Shown here piece by piece: positions 36,354 through 46,674 of a DNA stretch of 64,000 nucleotides. How positions within the stretch are numbered: position 1 is the stretch's first letter; every line of letters starts with the position of its first letter. Both the position numbers and the translations under genes were made by a program. The stretch spans positions 1 through 64,000 of the IMG/VR virus record IMGVR_UViG_2854078061_000001, one strand, 5' to 3'. This DNA is from a virus. Taxonomy: Duplodnaviria > Caudoviricetes. The notes below the pieces were generated by a model, which saw nothing but the letters and a program-made list of their open reading frames with translations, was not told the DNA's origin and searched no databases.

Positions 36354-36842
36354 TTACAGCTTGCTGCTCATAATGCCCATCACAGGGATACGCTGACCTT
36401 CGCTCTGTTCGTACACATGAGCTTCGGTTGCGTGGTGATTGCCAACTTCACGCTTGGCGACCTCAAAGTTCTTCTCAGCCTCGGCGTAACTCTTGAAGGG
36501 GTATTCCATTTCGCCCATAATGGGATTATTCCATTTGATGACGAGAACGTAAGGTGCTTCAGCAATCACCTGCTTGTGGAGAGCCTGCTCATTAGGTTGC
36601 ACGAATCGGTCAGCTGATACTACACGCTTCCGAGCATCTTCCTTAGTATCACGTCCCGTCTGCTTAACTTGTTCTGCTTTAAGATTCATCAAACGAGTGA
36701 GCTCTTTTGCCGTTCCCCATGCGTTATCAACCATCGCCTGAGTCTCTTTAATATTGAGTAGACGGTGCATCACACATGCTTTTTCATAGTCAGCAAGTGC
36801 ACCTTTACGAGCATATTCAAGAATAGTCAGAACATCCAGCAT
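36354..36842 (-). CDS. Hypothetical protein
   Basis: GAGGT RBS. Confidence 0.55.
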   Translation of the reverse strand: MLDVLTILEYARKGALADYEKACVMHRLLNIKETQAMVDNAWGTAKELTRLMNLKAEQVKQTGRDTKEDARKRVVSADRFVQPNEQALHKQVIAEAPYVLVIKWNNPIMGEMEYPFKSYAEAEKNFEVAKREVGNHHATEAHVYEQSEGQRIPVMGIMSSKL

Positions 36843-36902
36843 TTTTGTTTACCTCTCTTTTTGTTTTATCAATTGGCAGCAAATGCCGCCAGATCATCAT
36901 AT

Positions 36903-37310
36903 TCAATCTTTCTCAGCAGTGCAGTCGCACCACAGAATATCTTCGATGATGTCATCGTCGATATCATCGGGAGTATCATTGCAATTCATAATGAGGGTCA
37001 AGTTTTGATTTACAGGCGGCACTTCACTGCCCAGTTCGTAAGCATAGATCCATGTCTCGCCGCATTCGTCCTCAATCGTACAGTACAACAGGGTGCTTTC
37101 GTTGTCGTGCAAATCAAGACCAGTAATCACATCATATCGAGTAACCATGCCAGTCAGGATGTAATGACCATTCAGACCAGGTTTGAGACCATCGATGCTT
37201 GCAGTGGCGGCACTTGCAGTGGGAACCGGCAGGGCAAAGATTGCGGCCATCAGAAAGACAGCGGCAACTGTCACTGCCATGGACTTCAGCGATTTCAGAA
37301 TGAATTTCAT
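36903..37310 (-). CDS. Secreted/membrane-anchored acidic protein
   Basis: N-terminal signal peptide. Confidence 0.6.
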   Translation of the reverse strand: MKFILKSLKSMAVTVAAVFLMAAIFALPVPTASAATASIDGLKPGLNGHYILTGMVTRYDVITGLDLHDNESTLLYCTIEDECGETWIYAYELGSEVPPVNQNLTLIMNCNDTPDDIDDDIIEDILWCDCTAEKD

Positions 37311-37500
37311 AACGATATACCTCTTTCTTTTTTGTGGTTTATATTCGAACAGCGGCGCTTAGTGATGGCGTGCTGCCCGGAGAAAATCATGCCAGATAGA
37401 CTGCGCTACGATTGCCAGAGCGACACCAACGATGATGCCGCAAGCGAAAATGAATTCAGTGCTAAAGTAATCCATAATGATTCTCCTTTTCGTTTGATAC

Positions 37501-37689
37501 TCAAATCTGGTTTACGGTTTCGATGACATAATCATCGTAATTATTGCCGAACGTAACGTATGCGTCCGGGCTGCACTTGGACAGAGCTTCCATCAGCTCT
37601 GCAACAGTCATGCTCGTGGTTTTGTGCTCGACGATATCAAGCAGAGCGTAACCGGCGTGGTTTTCGCCGTTGATTCTGACGAATTTCAT
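37501..37689 (-). CDS. Hypothetical protein
   Basis: MTVAELMEAL..C.PDA.V phage motif. Confidence 0.55.
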   Translation of the reverse strand: MKFVRINGENHAGYALLDIVEHKTTSMTVAELMEALSKCSPDAYVTFGNNYDDYVIETVNQI

Positions 37690-37854
37690 TTTGTTGAGCT
37701 CCTTTCAATTTTTGTTTTATTGTGGTTACGGTTACGTCTGCCCTGGTACCGTAAATCGCCCAGCATTTTGGACAAGGAAAAGAGGTAAAAAGAAAACGCC
37801 GAACGAATTCGCTCCGATACCGCCAGAGGAATTCATCGACGTTTTGGCATAAGA

Positions 37855-37889
37855 AAAAGCCCCACGAGCTGTGATACTCATAGGGCTTT
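37855..37889. terminator. Intrinsic terminator
   Basis: AAAGCCC...GGGCTTT hairpin with A/T tails. Confidence 0.6.
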
Positions 37890-37905
37890 CGTTTGGAATC
37901 TGGAT

Positions 37906-38334
37906 TTATTTTACTTCGATATAGAAATTCTCGATAACCATTGTAATAGAAACACCATCGTATTTATTTGCTGAAAACGTTATTCCGTTTATATTTTCAG
38001 AACAAATTTCGTCAAACTTCTTTTGTTCCACTTTTGAAAACGAAATGCCATCTTCATCTGTCGCAATGTAATACGTTTCAAAACCAAACCAAGGACTTGA
38101 TTCGTTTTCCATAGCTAGTTTTATCAAGTATGGTTGACATTCAATTCCTACAGACTTGCATTTTTGAATATGCTCATCTGATTTCGTCTTGAAAAAAGCA
38201 TTCAATTTCATAATGGTTTGTATGGCTTTCGGATTCACCATAAAGGATTTACCATTGGCGCACACTTTTTCGAGCTTTCCTATATCTTGGAGCCATTTAC
38301 AGAAATCATCATTCTGCTTTTCGATCCAATCCAT
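37906..38334 (-). CDS. AT-rich hypothetical protein
   Basis: ORF, lower GC than neighbours. Confidence 0.55.
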   Translation of the reverse strand: MDWIEKQNDDFCKWLQDIGKLEKVCANGKSFMVNPKAIQTIMKLNAFFKTKSDEHIQKCKSVGIECQPYLIKLAMENESSPWFGFETYYIATDEDGISFSKVEQKKFDEICSENINGITFSANKYDGVSITMVIENFYIEVK

Positions 38335-38534
38335 AACATAGTACCCCTTTCATTGGACTTGGGTTTCGTTGGGGCTATTATATCATGGATTCATCCTGGA
38401 TTCCAGTTCAGATTTGTTGGTTATCCACCCTCGCCGCGTGGAGGCTCTGATATTGAGGGCAAAGCAGTTTAACGTCATGCTCGGGACATCGGTTATTATT
38501 TTTGATTTCATTGTAGCGCGACTCCCCTTTTCGC

Positions 38535-38852
38535 TTACTCGCGATTCACTCTGACATCGTAAATCGAATTCTGACCGCCCCAATTTTCGGCAATCAAGGT
38601 GTACTTGTGCCTAGAGCGGACGTTCTTAGGACAACCACGAAAAATCATGTGCGGGTCCAGACGATTGATCTCAGCTAACACCGCAGGATGATGGATGGCT
38701 TTCATAGTCTTACCGGAAATGGGCTTACCGGTTTTGACTTCATCGCTGAACGGAATGTGCCACCCGTCTTCAGTGATTTCAAAATCGGTGTTCACGATGG
38801 TCAGAGCACGCCACGATATTGCAACGCGCTTTTTAACAGTCTTCTTTTTCAT
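38535..38852 (-). CDS. Hypothetical protein
   Basis: GGAG RBS. Confidence 0.55.
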   Translation of the reverse strand: MKKKTVKKRVAISWRALTIVNTDFEITEDGWHIPFSDEVKTGKPISGKTMKAIHHPAVLAEINRLDPHMIFRGCPKNVRSRHKYTLIAENWGGQNSIYDVRVNRE

Positions 38853-38867
38853 TTCTTATACTCCATT

Positions 38868-39383
38868 TCAATCGAACTCAATTTCATCCATACTTGCGAT
38901 AGCTTCCATACGGTCATTGTAAGACCGAATCAATTCTTTCCAGTTAGCGGGCAGACCATCGGTGCACAGATAGCACTTCTCACGCTTCCAGTCGTACCAA
39001 TCGAGTCTGACACCGAACTCTGACAAATCGAGGCAGTCACCAAATAAGCTGGTGGAAATCTTGCCGTCGAAGAAAAGGTTACTCCACGAGTTAACCGCAT
39101 AGGTGCGAGAGCTCTCATGGAAAATTTTCTTCCAGTTGCTTGCATCATACACAATGTAGGCGGTCAAGGGTCTTGCGCTTGAGGTTGCGATGTGATTGTA
39201 CTCACGGAACAGGGCTATTATGTCGCCCCATTCCATCGGAATTGCGTTTTCGATTGCATTCATACTGCTGTGCATCCTTTCTTTCGCACTACTTCCGTTC
39301 ATTTCTGTAATGCGACCGGGACCCCGAAGGGCCCCACGCACTGAGCCTAACGCCTTTTTATAGCCGCTCAGTCGGCTTTTCAT
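38868..39383 (-). CDS. Hypothetical protein
   Basis: ORF; start uncertain. Confidence 0.55.
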   Translation of the reverse strand: MKSRLSGYKKALGSVRGALRGPGRITEMNGSSAKERMHSSMNAIENAIPMEWGDIIALFREYNHIATSSARPLTAYIVYDASNWKKIFHESSRTYAVNSWSNLFFDGKISTSLFGDCLDLSEFGVRLDWYDWKREKCYLCTDGLPANWKELIRSYNDRMEAIASMDEIEFD

Positions 39384-39394
39384 AGCGATTGCGA

Positions 39395-40303
39395 TTACTT
39401 GCCAAAGCTGAAGGTGTAGTCGGCATGATAATCATGTTCGCCCTTTTCATCGACATGGCTTGCGATGTTCCACATCATGTTCATAATTGCTTGAGTCATT
39501 TCCGTTCCGCCCATCACATGAGTGTCACGAGCGTTCTTACCAGCTCCGGACTTACGGTTCATAATGAACTTAAGCTCATGGCTGGTTGCCTTGATGGCAT
39601 TAACGGTTTCGCCCTTCTTGTTTTCAACAGGGATCATCAGAATGGCATCGAAAATGCTCTGGATATCAGTGATGAGGTCATTGTTGCTTACAGTTGCGCC
39701 GGCCTTCATCTTTTCAACAGACTTCAGGACGAGCTGCCCGCTTTCCTTCTTTTCAGCATACGCCTCATTAAACTCTTTCTGCTCTTCGGCGCTCATGGTA
39801 TGCTCTGCCATGGTGTCCATGCTGATTACACGGGCAAACTCATTGCAGGCGAAGGGCCAGCTTGCGTTATTGAACTTTGCGGTCGTAAAGCGGGTAAATT
39901 CAATGAGATTCAGAACGTTGCGCTTATCAACGGTTGCATCATTGATTTCAACACCAATCATGCCAGTGTCGCGATCAACGACTTCTTTCACACGCTTACA
40001 CTTGAGATAGCCGTATTCGACAGCCGCTTTCATGGGGTTTTCACTTTCAGCCAGCTCAGCGTAAACGGCCATCTTGTACGAACCATTGTAGCCAGCCAGT
40101 GCCAGGTTGACGCGTCCCAGCTTATCTTTGATTGCGTCGTAGTCTTTCGTGTTGACTACAGCCTTGTACTCATCGACAGCCAGCTCCAGAGCCAGCAGCT
40201 TGCGACTTGCGTCAGCCTTCCACTCTTCAGCGGTCTGAGGAGCTTTCGTTTCGACTTTGGTCTCAGTTTCGGGCGTGGTGTTCATAGTAGTAGTGGTTTC
40301 CAT
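39395..40303 (-). CDS. Hypothetical protein (302 aa)
   Basis: GAGAGG RBS; biased codon use. Confidence 0.7.
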   Translation of the reverse strand: METTTTMNTTPETETKVETKAPQTAEEWKADASRKLLALELAVDEYKAVVNTKDYDAIKDKLGRVNLALAGYNGSYKMAVYAELAESENPMKAAVEYGYLKCKRVKEVVDRDTGMIGVEINDATVDKRNVLNLIEFTRFTTAKFNNASWPFACNEFARVISMDTMAEHTMSAEEQKEFNEAYAEKKESGQLVLKSVEKMKAGATVSNNDLITDIQSIFDAILMIPVENKKGETVNAIKATSHELKFIMNRKSGAGKNARDTHVMGGTEMTQAIMNMMWNIASHVDEKGEHDYHADYTFSFGK

Positions 40304-40330
40304 AAGTTTTACCTCTCGTTTGATATGTTT

Positions 40331-40381
40331 TGCGCCACCTTGCAGAATCGAACTGCAATCATTTGAACCACTTCAGTGACA
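40331..40381 (-). ncRNA. tRNA-like minihelix element in 5' leader
   Basis: TGTCACT/GGTGGCG stem plus TTGCAG-TTCGATT-CTGCAA T-arm. Confidence 0.45.
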
Positions 40382-40969
40382 TATAAAAAGCCCTCTGACG
40401 TTGCCGCCGGAGGGCTATATATCAAACAAGGCCAGCTTGCGCCAGTCTTATGTAATATCGCTAAAATCACCACACAATCAATTTCGATATCGTTTCAATC
40501 ATTGCTTGCGAATACTTTGAATCCATAGTCCCGGAGGGGCCATAGAGCAACGATTTTCATTGACGGAGCCAATTCAATCAATCACTTGCATTGATTTCAA
40601 TTCTATCTCCATTCATTGCGTTTGCAGTACGCTCTCTTGCACCTTTAATACCAGCGCCGACTAAAGCACTATCGGCCGCAGGTGTAGTTAGATGCCCCCA
40701 GTCAGGGCTTGCGTTTAGGCTTGCATTCCTGTTGGAGCTTACGATTATATCCATTGGTAGCCGTTTTTCAGGTCACTTTCATGGTGCCATTTCCTGCATC
40801 ACATAGTCGGTCGCTTTCACATTCTCGCAACTTTTGCGAATGTGTTCATGTGGGCGGCGATTCCCGACACCAACGGCCCATAATTTCTTTTGGGCCAACA
40901 TCGTCCAGCGCATTATAGGATTCACTGGATTTTCCTGTTCTTGGCATCCGTTCCGTTTTGTCCGGTGCT

Positions 40970-41190
40970 GTTGAACTTGTTGCCGCCGCTGTTGTGCGGC
41001 GTTTCTGTTGTTACCCCGTGGGGAACGGCGTTTGTAACAAGTTTTGAAAATTTTCTTTTGGATTTTTTTCGGCGCTTGTTGTTGTGCCGTGTCCCCGTGT
41101 CGCTGTTGTGCGGCGGGGTTTTTGTCGTGCGGCGTTTGTTGTTGTGCCGTGCGGCGTTTATACCCCGTGGGGAAACACGTTTGTAACAAA
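40970..41190. repeat. Cluster of short direct repeats
   Basis: TACCCCGTGGGGAA..GTTTGTAACAA x2, GCTGTTGTGCGGCG x2, TTGTTGTTGTGCCGTG x2. Confidence 0.75.
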
Positions 41191-41386
41191 ATCAGAAAAA
41201 ATTTTTTGAAAAAATTTTCGGCGCTTTATTATAGGTGTATTTTTTGGCGATACCCTGTTGAAAAGTGTGCATTGTAGGGCGGCTGTAAAGCCCTGTAAAG
41301 CGTGTAAAGGCGGCTGGAATGGTAGGATATAGGGCAAAAGAAAAAGCCGCATAAAGCCTCAAAAAGGGCGATATACGGCGGGCAAA

Positions 41387-41412
41387 AGAAAAGCCGCCCA
41401 CGGCGGGCGGCT
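41387..41412 (-). terminator. Intrinsic terminator after 41421 gene
   Basis: AGCCGCCC/GGGCGGCT stem followed by U-tract on - strand. Confidence 0.65.
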
Positions 41413-41420
41413 GGAGATTC

Positions 41421-43013
41421 TTATTTGATACGGGCGGCGATTGCGTCAAGATATGCGGCACACTGTACACTGTCCCTGTATCCATCAGCGGCGGCAATAT
41501 CGGCACGGGCGGCGGCAATGAGACGGGATACACGCATTTTATACCACTTTTCGGCGGGGTACAGCTGAGCAAGGCGGGCGGCTGTTTGTTCCATGGTATA
41601 CCCGTCAATGATACAAGCCACGGCGGCACGGGAACGGGCATCCTGTACAGTGTTTAGGATATCGGCACGGGCGGCGGTATAGTGCTCATCATATACAGCG
41701 GCATTATCCACGGCCTTGTAAAGGGCGGCATTTTCGGCGCTTTGCACGTCTTTTGCACGGCGTGCGGCCCCGTCAATATCGGCGGCATGGACATTGCCGC
41801 CGTGGTCAACACCACCAATATAAGTGCGGGCGGCACTACTCATTACAATTACCAGATTGCGGCGGCGGTATTTTTTCAGCTGTTCTTTTGCATCCCGGTA
41901 CGGCGCAAAATCCATCAAACGGGCATACCCCGCACGGCGGGCGGCATCTTTTGCGGCATCAACAGCGGCACGGGCGGCCTTTAAGTCCTCTTTTTCGGAC
42001 TTGTTGCGGGCAACTAGAGTATTGATTAAGTCGTCACAATCAATATTTTCCGGTGCTTTACCGCCGTTTTTTACAGTCCAGCGGGCAAATTGTGTAAGTA
42101 ACTCATACCCGGCAATATAGGCGGCACTCTTGATATCAGCAAAGTCCGAAATAGTCGTATTGTCGCACTTTTCAGCGGCGGCAATACTGTCCTTTATGGA
42201 CTGCAAAGCGGCCTTTTCGGCGGCGGTATTTTCGGCAATATAGCGTGTTTTGACGTGTCCGGTCAAGCCTAAAATTTTTGCGTCTCTTTTAGCAAGGGTT
42301 TGGGCGGCATCCAGAACGGCGGCGGCATCCTCATATTGTGTAGCAAGGTTTTCCATATTTTGGGCGGCTGTATTCCGCTTTGCATCCCGCACGTTGTCCC
42401 ATTGCAAGGTTAAAAAACGGGGGGCGGCACTATCCTCAAAGCGGCGTTTAACCACGTTGCACGCAACGGCACCCGCCAAACCCATCAAAGGCGATACAGC
42501 ACCAGTGTGCATGGTATGTTGTGCCGCATAGCTGGACTTATACAAGGGTGCGGGGGCCGCTGTTGGGGCGGCGGCTTTGATACCGGGATGATACGATACA
42601 GGCACACTTTCAGCCGTACCGCCCGTATAAGGCACGGCGGGGCGGCGGTATGCGGGGGCATTATCCACGGGGGCAAGGTATGCGGGGCCGTCGGGCTGGA
42701 TATAACGGTATCCCTCAACGGTACGGGTCAAAACGGGGCGGGGGTAGACACGGGCAACAGCAACGGCGGCGGCGTGCCGGGTGAAACGTCCTGTAATATC
42801 ATCAGTAATGAGCATAGCGGCAATACGAACAGCGGGGGCAATGGGGGTAATGAGCACGGCGGCGGGGGCGGTATGAGTGGCGGCAATGCGGGCGGCACGC
42901 TGGACACGGGCGGCGGCACGGCGGGCAATACGGCGATTACGGGCGGCAATACGGGTAGAAGTGGAACGGCGTACAGTTGCGGGGGCGCTGGATTTTTCGG
43001 TCAAGTACAGCAT
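41421..43013 (-). CDS. Ala/Arg-rich protein with C-terminal sigma-4-like HTH
   Basis: AAATGAGG RBS; GYTMEQTAARL...VSRLI near the C-terminus. Confidence 0.6.
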   Translation of the reverse strand: MLYLTEKSSAPATVRRSTSTRIAARNRRIARRAAARVQRAARIAATHTAPAAVLITPIAPAVRIAAMLITDDITGRFTRHAAAVAVARVYPRPVLTRTVEGYRYIQPDGPAYLAPVDNAPAYRRPAVPYTGGTAESVPVSYHPGIKAAAPTAAPAPLYKSSYAAQHTMHTGAVSPLMGLAGAVACNVVKRRFEDSAAPRFLTLQWDNVRDAKRNTAAQNMENLATQYEDAAAVLDAAQTLAKRDAKILGLTGHVKTRYIAENTAAEKAALQSIKDSIAAAEKCDNTTISDFADIKSAAYIAGYELLTQFARWTVKNGGKAPENIDCDDLINTLVARNKSEKEDLKAARAAVDAAKDAARRAGYARLMDFAPYRDAKEQLKKYRRRNLVIVMSSAARTYIGGVDHGGNVHAADIDGAARRAKDVQSAENAALYKAVDNAAVYDEHYTAARADILNTVQDARSRAAVACIIDGYTMEQTAARLAQLYPAEKWYKMRVSRLIAAARADIAAADGYRDSVQCAAYLDAIAARIK

Positions 43014-43060
43014 TTTTATAAACCTCATTTCTAAAAGTTTGTAGACGGGCGGCGGCGTGG

Positions 43061-43333
43061 TTATTTCAGTATGATACAGGTGCACGCACAACGAACAGCG
43101 GCGGGGGCGGTAAATTCCGTGTGAATCATCTGTTTAAACGTGTCCAGAATTGTGAACGTTCCCCAAACATTGGGATACAAGAACAGTCCATCAATAGGCA
43201 GATACACGCCCCGCCCCCGCTCAAGTTCAGCGGCAAAAGCGGACAGTTCAGACGGCGTGCACGTCCACAAAGTGCAAAGGTGCATTGACCGGACACGGCG
43301 AAAACGGCGGGGCAATTTGTTGTTGTTTCTCAT
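43061..43333 (-). CDS. Hypothetical protein
   Basis: Same TTTTAGAAATGAGG RBS leader as the 43013 gene. Confidence 0.5.
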   Translation of the reverse strand: MRNNNKLPRRFRRVRSMHLCTLWTCTPSELSAFAAELERGRGVYLPIDGLFLYPNVWGTFTILDTFKQMIHTEFTAPAAVRCACTCIILK

Positions 43334-44087
43334 TGAATAACCCTCATTTCTAAAAAAGTGTGATGCCAGCCCACCACGGCGGCGGGCCTGTCTATATAGT
43401 ACAGCCACAAAAATACATGGTAACGCAATACAACAAAAAAACAGCAAAGAAATTTTAAGGCACAACAGGCAGTTGTAAAAATCCAGGCAGAATTCCAGAT
43501 TTCCAGCACTCGAATACTACCTAATAACGGAAGGTAGCATTCACCGAAAACCCGCATGAATCCTAGACTTTTCGGGCCATACCGGGGGGATGTTAAAAAT
43601 TGGAAAGGGGGTCGAGTTTGGGTCGTGCGTACCAGTTATTCCATCTCCCCAGCCCGTACCAAATCACCCGGTTTTCGCACATCGCCTGCCCCTCACTCGC
43701 CTCCTATACGCAACAATCATCCATCCGCATTCGCTCCAAATTCGCAGTCACCAGCACCCAAAATCACCTGTTGATCGCCCATAAATCACCAATCATCTCC
43801 CCTATCTGCGCACCCGTAAAACGCCCATATTTAACCCCCGATTTCGTCTCCTGTAAATAACGTATTATCGTTATAAAATGCTCCCAGTCAATAATGATTT
43901 TCATCCCAATTTTCACGCAGTTGTGTCTCGATCACCGTGTAATAGCGTCTCAAAAGCGCCGTAGAAACGCTTAAAATGCATTATTTTTGCTCATTTTTGC
44001 TTAATTTTAATAATTTTCTGCCATTTTTACTATATTTTATTTATTATTACAACAGATTATTTTATTCCGGTATTTTGCACAAAACTA

Positions 44088-44116
44088 TTGCTTTTACCGC
44101 GCCATGGGTGTATAAT
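44088..44116 (+). promoter_or_regulatory. Sigma-A type promoter for rightward arm
   Basis: TTGCTT-17 nt-TATAAT with AT-rich upstream region. Confidence 0.7.
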
Positions 44117-44221
44117 AAGGTATAAAGAAAAAGCCCGCAGTTCTCTCCACAGCTGCGAGCTTATATTTTCAGTAGTCAATCACACTTTACAATATCATTA
44201 TCAAAGGAGGATCACCCGTTA

Positions 44222-45613
44222 ATGAAGTTTTATGACACCTCCGCGCTTCTTGATTTGGGAGCCGCCGCTTTCGAACCTGCCAGTGCAACAGCCTCTGGTG
44301 CAACAGAGCCGTTTCTGATTGCCGATATGACGCTGCACGAGCTGGAAGAGATCAAGACAAGCGGCAAGAAGAGCGAAGAGATCCGCTATAAGGCCCGTAC
44401 TGTAACCCGCCTGCTGGCCGAGCATCACGACGACAACACCTTTATGGTAGTGGCAGTCCCCATGTCTTCCCTGTTCTATATCCTGGATGGCAAACCGATC
44501 AGCGATAACAACGACGCGACGATCATGGCAACCGCCCGCTGGTATCTGGACGAGATGAAGCGCAATCTGAATGACGCGATTGAAGCCGGACTCCCGGAAG
44601 CACAGCGACAGATCCAGGCCAACATTGATTCTTTCAGGTTCGTCACCAGCGACCTAAGTTGCGCCAATATCGCCAGCGGCATTCTTGATCTGCCGATCGA
44701 GTTCTCCTATCCCGATGCAGCAGCAAGCGCCAATAATAACTACACTGGCTAGACTGAAGTCACTCTTGATGAAGGCGGCGAGGAAGCCATGGCGATGGCA
44801 TATCAAACCCACGATGAAGGCTATACATATCAGAATCTGTTTGACACTCCAGTGAATGGCTATCTGATTGTTCGTGATCCAGACACAGTAGACGATGATA
44901 TGCCGGCAGGCAATGCGGTAGGCTGGCTACGATGGAATGGCAAGAAATATGTACCACTCAAATACAAAAAGATCAGTAATCGCTTCACTGGCGACGTAAA
45001 ACCACTCAATGACCAACAGAAGCTCGCATTTGATATGCTGCAGAACGACGATATTACAGTTAAAATGCTGGCTGGAACATTCGGCAGCGGCAAGACAATG
45101 CTTATGGTGTCCTCTGCCATTGATATGATCGAGAAGCACAAGGTTGAGAAGCTGATCTGGATTCGCAATAACATCGAAGTCAAGAATACCAAGGAGTTGG
45201 GTGCACTACCTGGCACTCTACTAGAGAAGCTCGGCGCTGCTTCTTTTGCTGGACCTCTGGCTGATCACTTGGGCGGCGAAGCTGGTTTGGAATACTGGAT
45301 CAATAATGGGCAGGTAGAAGTAGCTCACCTTGGATTTATTCGTGGCCGCGACTACAAGAACGCAATTATTATGGTTTCAGAGGCTGAGAATCTGACCAAA
45401 GAGCATGTACAGCTGCTACTCGGCCGTGTTGGTGAAGGATCTATGCTGTGGCTTGATGGCGATCTGAAGCAGACTGACGAGGCCGTGTTTGAAAATAACA
45501 GCGGTATGCGTAAGGCAATTCAGTGTCTGGCTGGCAACCCGCACTTTGGATATGTCTACCTGAACAAGACAGAACGCAGCGAGACCGCACAACTGGCTGA
45601 CCTGTTAGACTAA
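44222..45613 (+). CDS. phoH: PIN + PhoH-family ATPase (in-frame TAG at 44750)
   Basis: YDTSALL PIN start, GTFGSGKT, IRGR, SEAEN, GDLKQTD; both halves in one frame. Confidence 0.88.
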
Positions 45614-45627
45614 GGGGGCACAGCAGA

Positions 45628-45909
45628 ATGATAGAAGTAAGAATAGACGGATTACGACCAATGGATTACATCTCTCCTACTGGCGACTGGAACTATGAAG
45701 CGATTGACGGTTTAGCGAAAGAGTTGTGTGACCGACTTCGAGAAGTTGAGACAGAACAGATACTGGAGGAATTCAAAAAATATATAGAAAACCAACATTC
45801 TGACAATATGGTTATATTAAACCAATTGCAAGCTCAATTGAATAATATAGCTACACACCGATATCTGATTACACCATTTAACAGAGGCATAGTAGCATGG
45901 GACAGATGA
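45628..45909 (+). CDS. Hypothetical protein
   Basis: ORF in operon. Confidence 0.55.
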   Translation: MIEVRIDGLRPMDYISPTGDWNYEAIDGLAKELCDRLREVETEQILEEFKKYIENQHSDNMVILNQLQAQLNNIATHRYLITPFNRGIVAWDR

Positions 45910-46226
45910 GCAAAGCTAGTGAAGAAATATTTTATACAACCAATGAGTATCTGACCTATAAGATGTCTCGATATTTTGACACTTATGTTCTGTTGCTTGG
46001 TTTAAAAGACAACTCAGGATTCTTCATGGATTTTGTCGGTGGAGCAGGAGTCCATTATCATCTATATAAGCAGACGGGACCTGCTGTATTTGCATTTATC
46101 GATGATAATTATAAGGTACTTCGTGGAGACGACGCAGAATGGATTACTAATCTTGCTTTGAAAATATGCCAACAATATGACGAACAGCTGTTCAACGAAC
46201 AATGTGTCTGTGAGACTTTGCTATAA
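45906..46226 (+). CDS. Hypothetical protein with CxCxxLL tag
   Basis: Ends EQCVCETLL. Confidence 0.65.
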   Translation: MSKASEEIFYTTNEYLTYKMSRYFDTYVLLLGLKDNSGFFMDFVGGAGVHYHLYKQTGPAVFAFIDDNYKVLRGDDAEWITNLALKICQQYDEQLFNEQCVCETLL

Positions 46227-46240
46227 CAGGAGAAGAAATC

Positions 46241-46660
46241 ATGCGCGTTTTATTCGTAAGGTCATCGATCTATGACACAGTATGCGACTGGTATGAACGC
46301 ATGGATACTGTGCAAAAGCATCGCAAGGAGACCGCAATCTGTAAATCACCCGAAGATTTTTGGGATATATTCAATAAAGATAAATTCGGTGCACAATATA
46401 CGACATTCTATTTTGACGATAGGTTGGCGCTGACCGATACTTTTGAATTTTTCAAAGAGATCGCGCGGTTGTATGGTGAAGAGGATGCGAAATATATTTC
46501 AGAAAATAAAATGCGGCGGATCACCATGAACTATTTAATGAACAACAATCAGTTTGACTTGTTCCAGCAGTTCTCCATCACACCCGAATGTCTGGACGAT
46601 GTAATCCATGATGCTCTGGCTGATCAACAGTGTGAATGTGTGTGCAGACCGCTATTGTAA
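46241..46660 (+). CDS. Hypothetical protein with CxCxxLL tag
   Basis: Ends ECVCRPLL. Confidence 0.65.
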   Translation: MRVLFVRSSIYDTVCDWYERMDTVQKHRKETAICKSPEDFWDIFNKDKFGAQYTTFYFDDRLALTDTFEFFKEIARLYGEEDAKYISENKMRRITMNYLMNNNQFDLFQQFSITPECLDDVIHDALADQQCECVCRPLL

Positions 46661-46674
46661 AGGAGAGGCAAAAT

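Noticed and set aside
40970-41190. CRISPR array
   Set aside because: Repeats are short, of mixed types and lack regular unique spacers; no cas genes
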